Of a DNA stretch of 63,937 nucleotides, positions 39,561 to 52,610 are shown piece after piece. Numbering within the stretch: the first letter of the stretch is position 1; each line of letters starts with the position of its first letter. Position numbers and translations under genes: made by a program. The notes under the pieces are model-generated. The model saw only the letters and a program-made list of their open reading frames with translations. It did no database searches and had not been told where the DNA came from. Source of the stretch: Octopus bimaculoides (lineage: Eukaryota); assembly GCF_001194135.2 (NCBI RefSeq), contig NC_068993.1, positions 55,173,925 to 55,237,861 on the forward strand, written 5' to 3'.

Positions 39561-41666
39561 GATAATGAGGGAAAAAAATTTTAAATAGATAAGAAAGAAA
39601 GAAATGAAGAAAGAAAGAAAGAAAGAAAGAAAGACAGAAAACAAGGAAGGAAGAAATACAACACACACTATCTCTCTCTCTCTCCCACATATAGATATAT
39701 ATATATATATATAAACACATATACACACACTTCTGAAGGGCATTCAACTATGAAATCATGCCAAGAATAGAAGATATGAATGAGGAGGGCAATAATATCA
39801 AATAAGAATTAATCTGGACTGTGACAAACTGTCCAACCAATCTCAGCATGGGAAATAGGCCATAAAATGATAATGATGATGGTGGTGGTAGTGGTGGTAC
39901 TGGTAGTGGTGGTGGTGCTGGTAGTGGTGGTGACATTTATAACTGAAGAAGTGGTATGATTAGATCTCAGGATGTTGAACTTAAAAGATAACACATGTTA
40001 AGTTGAACAGCAATATACTGTGCTTCATTGGGGTTCAGTCTCACTGCATGACACCGTGGGCAAGTGTCTTCTACTATTGCCCTGAGCTTATCAAAACCTT
40101 GTGGGAGAATTTGGTAGATGGAAACTGAAAGAAGCCTGTTGTATGTATGTATGTATGTATGTATGTATGCAAGCCTTGTGTCTCCTTTTCTTGACATCAC
40201 ATGGCAGTTGTAACTGGGTATCACTGTCATACAAGCAGTGTTATTCATTTCTGCAAGAACATGTCTAGTCACAGGTAAGTATTGTACTACCTTGCTCGGA
40301 AACAGGGATGATAGTTGGCAGAAAGAAGAGAATCTGGCCATTGATAATCTGCCTCAAATAAACTCCATCCAAACCAAAAAGCATGGAGGAGGAGGAGGAG
40401 GAGGAGAGGAGGATAATTTGTTGCTTAGCCTCAAGCAGAGGGGTCACCAGAGGTATTCTTGTCATGTATCATCCGACATTGTTAGGGGTATTTCAGACTG
40501 CATTACAGAATTTGTTTCCTTTCCTATTTAAAATAGCAGAGTGTGATTTTCTTTTTTTAGGGAAATCTGGCTACTCTTTCTAACAAGTCAAATGCCAGTG
40601 TAGAAATTCTCTCATTGGCTACTAGAGAGTTAATTAATAGATATATCTGATTAAAGTAATTGCTACTTTGAAATGACAACGTGTTTTGATTGTTGTTGAT
40701 TACTGCCATGTTCAAATAACAACTTTATCTATATACTTACTCGATATTGTATTATTAACTGTGATTTAACCTTTTAGCATTCAAACCAGCCATATTCAGC
40801 CTAAATATTCTTCCTGCTTTATGTTCAAACCAGCCAGATGCAGCCTCATACACCTAAAAATAACCAAAACTGGGCAAGATGGCAAGAGGGCTGTTGCTAT
40901 AGCATTGAGATAGATCTGGCCATCCCTGTTAACGGGGACAAAACCCTGATTCAAAATGATGGATGGACATTGTGAAAATCTCAAAGCTGCAAGATGATGC
41001 GTGATTAATTCAAAACAAAGTGAATAAACAAGCATTACATTTGAAAGAGAAGTCTGGATGCCAGAGGATTAAAGAACTGGCAGAATCTTTAGCATGCCAG
41101 GCAAAACGCATAGCTGTATTTCTTCAAGCTTTACATTCTGAGTTCAAATTCCACCAAGGTCCACTTTGCCTTTCATTCTTTCAAAGGTGAATAAATGTAC
41201 CTGTTGAGCACTGGGGTCAACATAATCAATTAGTCCTGTTCCCTAAAATTCCAGGCCTTGTGCCTATTGTAGAAAAAATTATTAACTTAACTATCATATT
41301 TAATGGATTCGGGTTTAACTTGCCAGATGGAAAGCCACCTGAGGTTGCATTTGGTTCTACAATAGAAAACCATTTTTGCTATATTTCAAAACTTCTGTTA
41401 TCTGAGTCAAAGCCCACCTTTATAACTTTATGTGAGAAAGTTTGGTGAAATTGTTTCAAACACCTGATGATTTACCTGTTAATGGATTTTCCTTGTTTGA
41501 ATGGTTCACCAGTCCCCAGTCAAATCGTCCAACCCATGCTAACATGGAAAGCGGACGTTAAATGATGATGATGATGATGATGATGATATACACATATACA
41601 TTTATGTGTGTGTGTCTTTATGTCTGTGTGTCCCCTATCACTGCTTGATAAGCAGTGTTGGTGTTC

Positions 41667-42052
41667 TTTTATTCTTTTACTTGTTTCAGTCATTTGACTG
41701 CGGCCATGCTGGAGCACCACCTTTAGTCGAGCAAATCGACCCCGGGAGTTATTCTTTGTAAGCCTAGTACTTATTCTATCGGTCTCTTTTGCCGAACCGC
41801 TAAGTTACGGGGGACGTAAACACACCACCAATGGTTGTCAAGCGATGGTGGGGGGACAAACACAGACACACAAACACACACATATACGACGGGCTTCTTT
41901 CAGTTTCCATCTACCAAATCCACTCACAAGGCTTTGGTCGGCCCGAGGCCACAGTAGAAGGCACTTGCCGAAGGTGCCACGCAGTGGTACTGAACCTGGA
42001 ACCATGTGGTTGGTAAGCAAGCTACTTACCACACAGCCACTCCTGCGCCTAT
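41667..42052 (-). mobile_element. Family A SINE, apparently young
   Basis: Many CpGs retained; A-box TGGCTGTGTGG and B-box GGTTCAGTACC on the minus strand. Further partial copies near 21540-21995, 35395, 38620, 39990, 42675, 51960, 53945. Confidence 0.9.
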
Positions 42053-42485
42053 GTTTACACTCTGTAAATTAGTAGTTTGGTAAAGGAGACCAATAGAATA
42101 ATACCAGGCTTAAAGTAATTAAGTGTTGGGGTGAATTCATTCAACTAAAAATTCTTCAAGGCAGTGCCCCAGCACGGTCGCAATCTCATGAATGAAACAA
42201 GTAAAAGATAAATGACAGCATGGAATTTTGATGGAGGGTTTTGATTTAGACCATTTAAAACAGGGAGTTTGTATCATAGAAGCAGAAACAGTTTCGGGTG
42301 AATTGGTACCAAAAAAGGGTTAATGAAGAATAACGCATTTTGGAACTCAGCGACTTCAATCTTGAATCTACTTTAGGCTCTCTTCAGACTTGCTACACCT
42401 GTCACATGTTTCTTGAATTAAATGCAGAATATAGTGATGAGTTGACAAACATTAACTGACAGTAATTATACAGTTCTCCTTGCAG

Positions 42486-42552
42486 CACATGACTCAATCT
42501 ATTGTTGCAGATATAGAGAGAGAAATATTTTTAGAATACGGTTGGGTAGAAA
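42486..42552 (+). CDS. Candidate exon of an unidentified plus-strand gene (HMTQSIVADIEREIFLEYGWVE, or an alternative frame)
   Basis: Acceptor ttctccttgcag, donor AAA|GTATGT, 67 nt; two frames are open so the reading is ambiguous. Confidence 0.35.
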
Positions 42553-44645
42553 GTATGTCAACAGTCTAACTGACAATTCAGTGATTGTGATGATGGTGAT
42601 GATGATGATGATGATGATGATGACAAGAAGATTGAGGGTAAGAAATTATGAAATTATCTATCTAGCTATATGTTCTTTTATTCTTTTATTTGTTTCAGTT
42701 ATTTCACTGCGGCCATGCTGGAGCACTGCCTTTAGTCGAAATAAATCGACACCAGGACTTATTCTTTGTAAGCCTAGTGCTTATTCTATCAGTCTCTTTT
42801 GCCGAACCTCTAAGTTACAGATATGTAAACACACCAACATTGGCGATGTTGGGGGGACAAACACAGACACATAAACATGTACACCCCCCCACAAATATAT
42901 ATACGATAGACTTATTTCAGTTTCTGTCTACAGTGTTAAGAAGAAATAATTAGGTGGTAAGAAAAGAATATTATTAGTCAATAAGTAATAGTTTATTTAT
43001 TTCAACAGGTATGGGAGATGACTGTAGACATGTTTCAGTCTTGTTATGACTTCATCAGCAAAGCATAAATTTCACCATACTTGCGGAAATAGCAAGTAGG
43101 AAAACATAAAACAATTATTAAGAGGATAAATCATTCTGAGTTAAGTTTTTAATGCTTCAAAAATTAAATGTTTTCCTTCACAGCCTAATACACTTTTATT
43201 TACTGTTTTCTTTTTAACTCGTAAATTTCTTTTTGACTATTAAATTTCATATTAATACCAAGCTGACACCAGATTATACACAGACTAAATTCTTTTTTTT
43301 TAAATATATCAATGCAAACATCCCATTTTATACATTACTATAGTTTAGAAAAATGAACAAAAAAGATCTCACTCAAGCTACTGAAAACATGACTTGGAAA
43401 TATTTCTGAGAAGTGATTTGTATGAATGGAGAAGGCGGTGGTGGGAGTGCTGTGAGAAGTATGTACAATATGTATGTGGTCAGCTTTGCTTCCCATTCAG
43501 CTGACAGTGTGATGTGGTGACTAATGTGGGGGAGGACAGTGTAACATGTCTCAACAAATCAAAACATGTCAGAAGACAGTTGCTGCAATTTTGAAATGGA
43601 ATGGGTGTGGTGGGGTGGGGTGGTTTCAAACTAAAATAAATTTCTTGCTCTATTTGTTCCAGTAAATATATTCAATATGGGTGTGTCTCTTTCAAAGTAA
43701 CTGTGGTATAAAGTTGTGTGTGTGTGTGTGTCAGTATGTATATCTGTATGCACACACACACACACAAATATGTATGTGAATATATAATTTGTGTATGTGT
43801 ATGTATGCATGTGTGAATATATAAAATATGAGTATGTCACAGAAGTCTGTCGCAGGCCTCAGCCTGGCCGGCTCTTGTACTGTCCCGCCCATGCTAGCAT
43901 GGAAGATGGACATTAAACGACAATGATGATGGTGATGATAACAAGTGAGTATGTATGTATGCATATGTGTATGTCATCATCATCATCATCACCATTAAAC
44001 GACCATGTTCCATGCTGGTATGGATTGGACAGTTTGATAGGATCCAGTCTGGCCGTGAAGTGGGAACAGACGGATATAATGCCCATTACAGTAAGATAGT
44101 AAATCTGCCCATCTATGATGGGACTGAACCAAGAACCTCATGGTCAGGAAGCAAACTTGTCACCACACAGCCAAACCCGTACCTATATATGTTGCTTTCT
44201 CAGTTTGAGCATTGTTACTGCTATTGACTGTAGGTGATGGTGATGCTGCTGCTGATAGTTTTTAATTGATTAATTTTCTTTTTCTGTTTCATCACTTTTC
44301 CTACAGAGGTTCTTTCTTTCTTTCTCTCTCTCTTGGGAACCTACTTTTATTGTTGTACATGAGTTGTGTTGGAGTGGAGTTTGAACATATATAACAATAT
44401 CTTCAAACAACAACTAACTTGATTTTATGCCTGAAGAAGCATGTGAAAAAGCTTAGTCAACAAACAATAGATAAAGTATGATTGGTTTCTGGTTTGCTAT
44501 GTGTAAATCCCCATATTTATTTGTCTTCATTCGCATGAGGTCGATAAAATAAATACTAGATTCTGTGCAATCAATTATATCAAAGAAGGCAGTGCTCCAG
44601 CTTGGCCACAATTTATACACATATGTACACACACACACATATGTA

Positions 44646-45340
44646 TACACACTATGTGATCAAAAGTGTCCAAAAACCCCAATGATGATTAAGTACAAGT
44701 TTGGACTACCCTCCATCAGGAACACAGGTACAATGTTGATCCACCCTTAGCCTCGACAACAGCCTCCACTCTCACAGGCATACTTTCAGTCAGGTGGTGG
44801 AAGATTTCCTAGGGAATGGGAGCCCATTCTTCACAGAGTGCCAAAATGAGCAAGGGTATCGATGTGGGTTGCTTCCATTCAGATATAGATAGTCCAAATA
44901 GTTCTAAAAGTTTCCACTTAATTTTGTATAGGATTGCTTCCTCTTTTAACTGCCATATATACTTGGTGAATGTTGTAACACTGCACCTCCCTTGAATTTG
45001 AAAAGAGGATATGTGATTATTCAACCTAGCTTTAAAGGGGCTTTGTGTTGCTCCATTGTTGTTGGATTACATCACTTCTGCTTCACAGACCACAGTTTCT
45101 GTGTTGCACTACCCAATCACTGGACACTCTCTTTAAACTCTATATGAACATTCTGCATCTGCTTAGGGTTTTGGGGTACTCATTAATATTCTTTTTGACT
45201 CTAACACACAGCTGAATGAAATTCAGATGCTGTTCTTATGAGCAGAAATTGGTTTTCATAACACAGTCATGCCCATTGTTGAACTGGGGATTGACATGTA
45301 CACAAGTGCTTCAACCATGGCTAACATTAATCCAGGGGAA
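44646..45340 (-). mobile_element. Tc1-like transposon remnant
   Basis: WAPIP*EIFHHLTESMPVRVEAVVEAKGGSTLY C-terminal motif; TIR-like cactatgtgatcaaaag near a TA at ~44646. Confidence 0.75.
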
Positions 45341-46593
45341 GTAACTCTCTGTATCCCCCCCCCCGCTGGAAAATGTTATAATTTTTTTGTTTCCTTCTGC
45401 TTTTTTTTTTTTTTTTTTTTTTGCTTAAGCAACAGTGAATAATCCATGGCCTCTATACATCTTCAGTATAAAAGAGGCTATGAGTTTCCAATTAGTAATA
45501 CTGTCTAGTGCAACAGTTGGTGCAAAACCAGTTATATGGCATAACTAATAATATATATTGCTCAACAATATACTCAAGAATATACTCAATATACTCAAGA
45601 ATATGGCTATGTGGGTATGGAGTTCACTTTGTAACCAAGTGGTCACATGTTCTTTCACAGTATGGCATCTTGGTCAGATTTGAGCTGACCAATGCCTTGT
45701 GAATGGAAATAATAGATAGAAACTGTAGGAGTTCCCATTGTATACACATACATATGTGTGCATATGCCCCTGCATATGTGCCTTGTCAATGTCTACATTC
45801 CACCCCTTTACATGAAATTTTTGAAGTAAAAATGGTTGTGTTTATTGACATTCATTGACAGAAAATTGTCCTCTAGTTCTACAGTTTCAACATCACATGG
45901 AATTTAAAAAATCCCTAATTTAAAAACACAGGTAATGATCAGTGACAGGAAAGGCATCTAACTTTAAAACAATGCTTCGATAGTATATATATATGTGTCC
46001 AAGCCTAATTAGCATGGAAAAATGGACATAAAAAGAATTGGCATTCAAGCACTGACAAACATGATCCTGTCTTCTGGTCCACGTGTGATCTGCCACCTTT
46101 TTCTGATAATGGCTTCTGCTCTCAGAGCCATCGGGTTTTATACATTCACCATTTAAGTACCCCCAGACACACTCAAGAATAATATTCCTGTTTGCAACTA
46201 GACAGGAAAAATGTATTCAACATGGTAAAGTAAAATGAAATAAGATTTATGCAAAGCAGAAGTCGAGCAAGTTACTACTCAAGTCTTGTGTTTGGGCAGC
46301 TACTCAAGTTATACTCCCTGACCAAAGCTGGAGGAGTAACTCCCTTAAACTCAGCCTAGAACAAAACTATTTNNNNNNNNNNNNNNNNNNNNNNNNNNNN
46401 NNNNNNNNNNNNNNNNNNNNNNNNNNNNNNNNNNNNNNNNNNNNNNNNNNNNNNNNNNNNNNNNNNNNNNNNNNNNNNNNNNNGGGTGGGGGTGGGGGTA
46501 AATAGATAGGTAGACAGATAAACAGATCTTGCCAATATTTTTCTGGTTTACCTGTACTTGTGAAGGTACTTAAGTTCTAACCATTTACACTTG

Positions 46594-46626
<33 letters not shown>

Positions 46627-47129
46627 AATTAGATAGGGAGATAGACATACTAGGAGGCAATGTTCACATGCAAAAAATGGCCTTGACATATCAACAAAGT
46701 ACTATGCCTTTATTAGACCAACAGTAAAGCGGAAATTCCACTGGTTATGTGGAACAGAGCCCAAATATTTCTCCTGGTTGTCAGTAGCTTTGTAATTGAC
46801 ATTATTCCAATTCCACGGTTTACATCACACCTTACTANNNNNNNNNNCATCTTATTATGAATTACCAATAGTCCTTCCATTTATATACACCAAATCTCTA
46901 ATACCAAAATTCTTTTATTCTATCAACCCCCACCCTGTCCTTATGTTTATACTACAAAGCATGTTTCTGGGGTAAAGAATTTTGCATCTTTTAGTATGTG
47001 GTTAGGTCTTCTATTACAGCCTTAGGTTCATCAATACATTGTAGTGGTAACTGGTAGACAGGCACTAGGAGGAAATCCATCATGTGTGTGTGTGTGTGTG
47101 TGTGTGTGATGCAATTCAATGACTTAAAC

Positions 47130-47161
<32 letters not shown>

Positions 47162-47164
47162 TAT

Positions 47165-47206
<42 letters not shown>

Positions 47207-47355
47207 CCTTTAAGAGTTTGTTTACGGGAAACATTTTGAATATGCATCTACAAGCCCCTATTCCATTATGCTGGCAACAGGCTAATGATGCCAACTGGCA
47301 ATACCAGTTTTTGGGGAGATCACACCAAGCTGTGCCAATACAATGTAGGATAAAT

Positions 47356-47419
<64 letters not shown>

Positions 47420-47702
47420 TCCTTGGATGGAATTTATAAATATTTGCGTAGCGATGCATTAAAATATTTATTAATTCCATCCAAGGATTATCATTATTAT
47501 TGCTATATATATATATATACATACACACACATAGAACTTAGCAGTGCAGCAAAAGAGAATGATAGAATAAATACCAGGCTTAAAAAAAAAGATAAGTACT
47601 GAGGTTGATTCATTCAACTAAAAGTTCTTCAAGGCAGTGCGCCAGCATAGCCACAATCAAATGACTGAAACAAGTAAAAGATAATACATACACACTCATA
47701 TA

Positions 47703-48130
47703 CATCATCATCATCATGATCATCGTTTAACGTCCGCTTTCCATGCTAGCATGGGTTGGACGATTTGACTGAGGACTGGTGAAACCGGATGGCAACACCA
47801 GGCTCCAGTCTGATTTGGCAGAGTTTCTACAGCTGGATGCCCTTCCTAACGCCAACCACTCAGAGAGTGTAGTGGGTGCTTTTACGTGTCACCCGCACGA
47901 AAACGGCCACGCTCGAAATGGTGTCTTTTATGTGCCACCCGCACAAGCCAGTCCAGGGGCACTGGCAACGATCTCGCTCGAAAATCCTACAGGAGCCAGT
48001 CAGGCGGTACTGGCAACGGCCACGCTCAAAATGGTGCATCTCATGTGCCACCCGCACAAGAACCAGTCCAGGGGCACTGGCAACGATCTTACTTGGCTTG
48101 CCGGGTCTTCTCACGCACAGCCCATTTCCA
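47703..48130 (-). mobile_element. Long, CpG-intact family C copy with internal tandem units
   Basis: (CAT)n tail at the left end; high similarity to 1-231; repeated gtgccacccgcacaag...gcactggcaacg blocks. Confidence 0.8.
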
Positions 48131-49254
48131 AAATATATATAAATAATCGTTGAGAAATAAATGTAATAAAACAAGGTTAAAACGAATAACAATATAAATT
48201 TATATTTCTGTTTTTGTAATATTTTACAATTTACAAAGTAAAGCAATTTCCAAAAATATCTCATTTCCTTTGATCTTGGAATGACTATTTACAGTTTAGG
48301 TGAAAATCTTTTCTTCATTTCTCCTTCATTAAGTTAAACAACATAGAGGTGAAGTAAATAGGTGTTATGTTGAGGTATCTTTTGAAGCACAGTAACGACT
48401 GGTTGTTGTTGTCATCGTCATCGTTTAGCACCTGTATTCCATGCAGGCATGGGTTGGACCATTTGATAAGATCCAACAAGCAGGAGGACCACATTGAGCT
48501 CCAATGTCTATTTTGACATGGTTTCTACAGCTAAATGCTCTTTCTAATGCCATCCACTTTATAGAGTGTCCAGAGTGCTTTCTCATGTAACTGGCACTAA
48601 TGAGGTCACCAAATAAACTCTCAAAACAAGACCCCTTGATTGAAATGGTGTAGAATTGAATGAGGTGGCATTGTGCCAGATATGTAAGTAAAGCCTCCTT
48701 TCTAAGACAGATCTTAGGATCTATCTTAAAAATGAGTTGTCTGCTCATTGGTGGCATCATCATCATCATCAACCATATTCTGCACAGCTATCATATGATA
48801 GATATTTCTGCATATGTCTGTTGGGGAAGGACACCTCAGGTCCCAGCAGAGAGTGCCTTGGTCAGCTAATTGCCCATTTGCTATTATACCCTAAAAAGGC
48901 CCCCCTCTCCTAACAGACTAGGAATATAAAGAGAGATACTAGTTTATTTCTATAAAACTCCCTACCACATTACATAGTTTCATAGACATATCAACACTCC
49001 CTGGCTGCGCTATGGACTAGAACCCTTACCTGCACAATCAGAGAATAAGAAAGACACAAGTAAATGTAGGGAAGTCAGGATCCCATTTAGTCTGAATTAA
49101 GACAGAGCGAATACAAAACCATTTCTATAATATCCCTTCCATGCCCTGTAAATGCCATGGAGATATCCACATACTCTAGCTACCCCTATAGACTTGTATA
49201 GAGGCAATCCTTTATATCAAACAGTCTTCATTATAATCTTGGTACAATATTGAT

Positions 49255-49800
49255 TTCAAACTCCAGCACAAGGCCAGCAAGTTTGGGGAAGAAGGTAAAT
49301 CGATTGCATCAGTTCCAGTGGTCAACTGGTATTTATTTTATCCACCCTGAAAGGATGAAAGGCAAAGTCTACCTCAGCAAGAGGAGATACCAGGCTGATC
49401 CCAAGGACTAGAGAGAGAGGAGGTCCTTAACTAAACGCCATGCAACCAAAAAGGATGAAAGGTAAAGTTGACCTTCACAGAATTTGAACTCAGAACATAA
49501 AGACGGATGAAATGCTGCTCAGCACTTTGCCCAGTGTGCTAACAATTCTGCCAGCTCGCCACCTTATAATAATGATAATTCTTTCTACTATAGGCACAAG
49601 GCCTGAAATTTTGGGGGAGGGGGTAGTTGAGATTACATTGGCTCCAGTACTCAACTGGTACTTATTTTATCGACCCCCAAAAGGAAGAAAAACAAAGTTG
49701 ACCTCGGTGGAATCCAAACTCAGAATGTGAAGATGGACAAAATCATTTTGCCCAGCATGCTGACGATTCTGCCAGCTCACAGCCTTAATAATAACAATAA
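49255..49800 (-). mobile_element. Family B SINE cluster
   Basis: Two to three partial or complete copies. Others lie near 9975-10130, 41090-41280 and 58390-58580. Confidence 0.75.
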
Positions 49801-50034
49801 TAATAATGTTAGGCACAAAACCAGCAATCCAAGAGGAGTTAGTTGATTTAAACTAAATGCAGGACTTGACTGGTATATTATTTTATCAACCCTAGAAGGT
49901 GAAAGACAAAATCTAACCATGGCACAATTTGAAAAATTAGAATTTAAAAAAGAGACATAACTGAATCCTATTAAACATTTGTTTGATGTGCCACAGCCCT
50001 ACCTGAATATCACCCTGCAACAATCACCCTCACC

Positions 50035-50440
50035 TTATGTTTTTGAAAATATGTCTGATGTAATTGCAGATCTCTTTTGAAAGGCATGCCATGCTGCAGC
50101 AAAATCTTTCAGTTGGTCACCACTGAGAGTCCATCTGCTGTGAAGTTTCCTCCTCTTAGCCTCCCACTCATACCTCATCTTCTTCAAAGCATTTGGCATC
50201 ATCTCTCGCGATTCATACGCATGATGACCTCCTTGAGAGGAAGACTCCTTGTTGAAGTCATCGTTGTTGTCCTGGTTGAATTTCAACAGGACCTCACACA
50301 TGGCCTGAAGTTGGTGATGAAGAGTCTGTAAGAAGGTGACAACTTGATGTTTATGTCGGTCAGTTTGAGGAAGGATGAGGACATCGTCAGGTAGTCTGCT
50401 GTAGAGGAAGTGAAGGACAGGCAGGATGGAGGACTCCTCG
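50035..50440 (-). CDS. Likely last coding exon of an unidentified protein (EESSILPVLHFLYSRLPDD...YEWEAKRRKLHSRW...SDIFSKT*)
   Basis: Acceptor ttatttctgtccattgcag; GC-richer, non-repetitive, 134-codon open frame with phase-2 start; the other two frames close early. Confidence 0.75.
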
Positions 50441-52174
50441 CTGCAATGGACAGAAATAATTGAAAGTAAGACAAGAAAGAAGTGGTAAGAATATGAGAGA
50501 GAGAGAGAGAGAGCTTAGGAAATGAATGTTGTGAGAAACAGCAGAAATGGCGAAAGTAGAAGAGAGAGAAATAAACAAAGAGATAGAAAGAGAGAGTGTG
50601 TGTGTGAGAAAGAGTGTGTGTGTGTGTGAGAAACAAAGAGAGAGTGTGAGAGAGAAACAAAGAGAGAAAGACAAGAAATGGAAGAATACACTATACTATC
50701 TCACAGACATACAGAACATTCTACTCAGTTGACATACACACTCACACACACACTACATTACCACTCAACAGATATCATCCAGTCAGTCAACACCACATGT
50801 TGACTATGACAGCACAACTGGCTATTCTTATATACACTGGTCAAAATTGTTAATGTTTTTAACAGATACAAATGGCTTCTTTGTGATCCATACCAGAACT
50901 CTTTTGGTCTTTCCTTTCATATTGAAGCCTTTAGCATTCAGATTTCTTTGTCAAATGTATGGTTTATTTATTCACACATTATCTTGTAGCTTCAAGATTT
51001 CAATGTTGTGTTTGTATATATTTAGAATGATATTGTAGGGTAGGTGTGAGAGATAGGATCTGGTCAGTTTTAACATAAAACAGAGAATATTTGGGCTGGA
51101 TATGGCTGGATTAAATGCTAATGGGTTAAATCATTAACTTATCCTTGACCTCTACAGTTAGTTAAGTCAAACTTACTCTCCCCTATCTCTCTCTCTCTCT
51201 CTCTCTCTGAAAATCAAATATACTTTCATATAATCCTTTGCAGTATCTATATCTGGTTTACAGCCAACAAACTGTTCCTTTATTGAAATATTTTCTATAT
51301 CTAAAAATAGTATTGGAAGTAAAAACTACTCCAAATGACCTATATCTGGCATACAGTCTCAAATAAGGTTAAAAATATTTGATTTCTTTAGCTCAGTTTC
51401 AGATATTTTCTTGAACAGCTTTTACCAACAAATTGATTATTTTGTTCTGAACTTTTTTTTTGTTTTTGGTTACAAGTATATGTGAGTTTCTTTATACACA
51501 ATCCAACATAAATGTTTATTCATTGTCAGATCAAATATTCCGTGTAGCTGAACAAGATCTAAAATGCCCATTGTGTTGTGTGGTGTAAATAATGTGTTTG
51601 AAGATTTTCTGAAAGCCAAATTCTTATCAGCAAAATAAATTGATGCTCTTTAGACATCTGAAAACTTTACACTACAACTGATGCTCTCATTATTTTTGTA
51701 CATGTAACTGCATCTCCTTAACTTCATCATGCACCATCATCATTTTAACATCTGCTTTTCCATGCTAGCATGGGTCGGATGGAATTTATTAAAGCAGATT
51801 TTCTACAGCCAGATGCTCTTCCTGTTTTCAAGCAAGGGGATATTTCTGCATGTTCTCACAGAATACTGGAAATGAATAATAGTATTACTTGAAGATACTG
51901 TGACAATCATTTTATAACTATCACATGATGTCAAAACAAGGAAACACACACACACACCATATATATGATGGGCTTCTCTTAGTTTCTGTCTACCAAATCC
52001 ATTCACAAGACTTATCAGCCTAAGGCTATAATTGGAGACACTTGCCAATGATGCCATGCAGTGGGACTGAACCTAAAACTATGTAGTTGGGAAGCAAACT
52101 TCTTACTGCACAGTCACTCTTGCATCTTAACATCAGCAGCCATAACGAAATCTCAGCCCACTTTTTTTTTTTTT

Positions 52175-52400
52175 TTTTCAGAAATTTCAGATGATGTATG
52201 GAATGTTTATGTGATTGTAAATATTCATGAACATGCTTGCAGCCATTAATTCCAGATTTTTCTTTTTGCACCAAAAGCAATAAATCTTATTGGTGTTTTC
52301 TGAATAAACAAACCGCCTTCTAAGAAAAATTTCACTGTTGATAATTTTCCTATACATCACTGTCAGCTGTGAGAAACTATGTTTATTTGCATCTTTCGGA
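52175..52400 (-). mobile_element. hAT-type transposase remnant (TTF zinc finger)
   Basis: RRFVYSENTNKIYCFWCK followed, after a frameshift, by GCKHVHEYLQSHKHSIHH. Confidence 0.65.
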
Positions 52401-52610
52401 AAGTTGCACTGGTCGTTCCTAACATAGCTGCTTTAAGCCTCTATAATATCTTCACCACCATCATCATGAAACCTGGAAAGCTGTAAGCCTCTGTGATGTT
52501 ATTTTCACATCACAATACCCCCACTACCTCTATGGAGATGAGATAACTCCAAATGTCTATACATCGCTTTGAAGTCCATCCTCACCTCCAAGACTCCCAC
52601 TGACATTTTT

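Noticed and set aside
46000-46209. Minus-strand open frame ANRNIILECVWGYLNG... after the acceptor tttcctgtctag
   Set aside because: No phase-compatible upstream coding exon and no convincing donor; at most a UTR exon.
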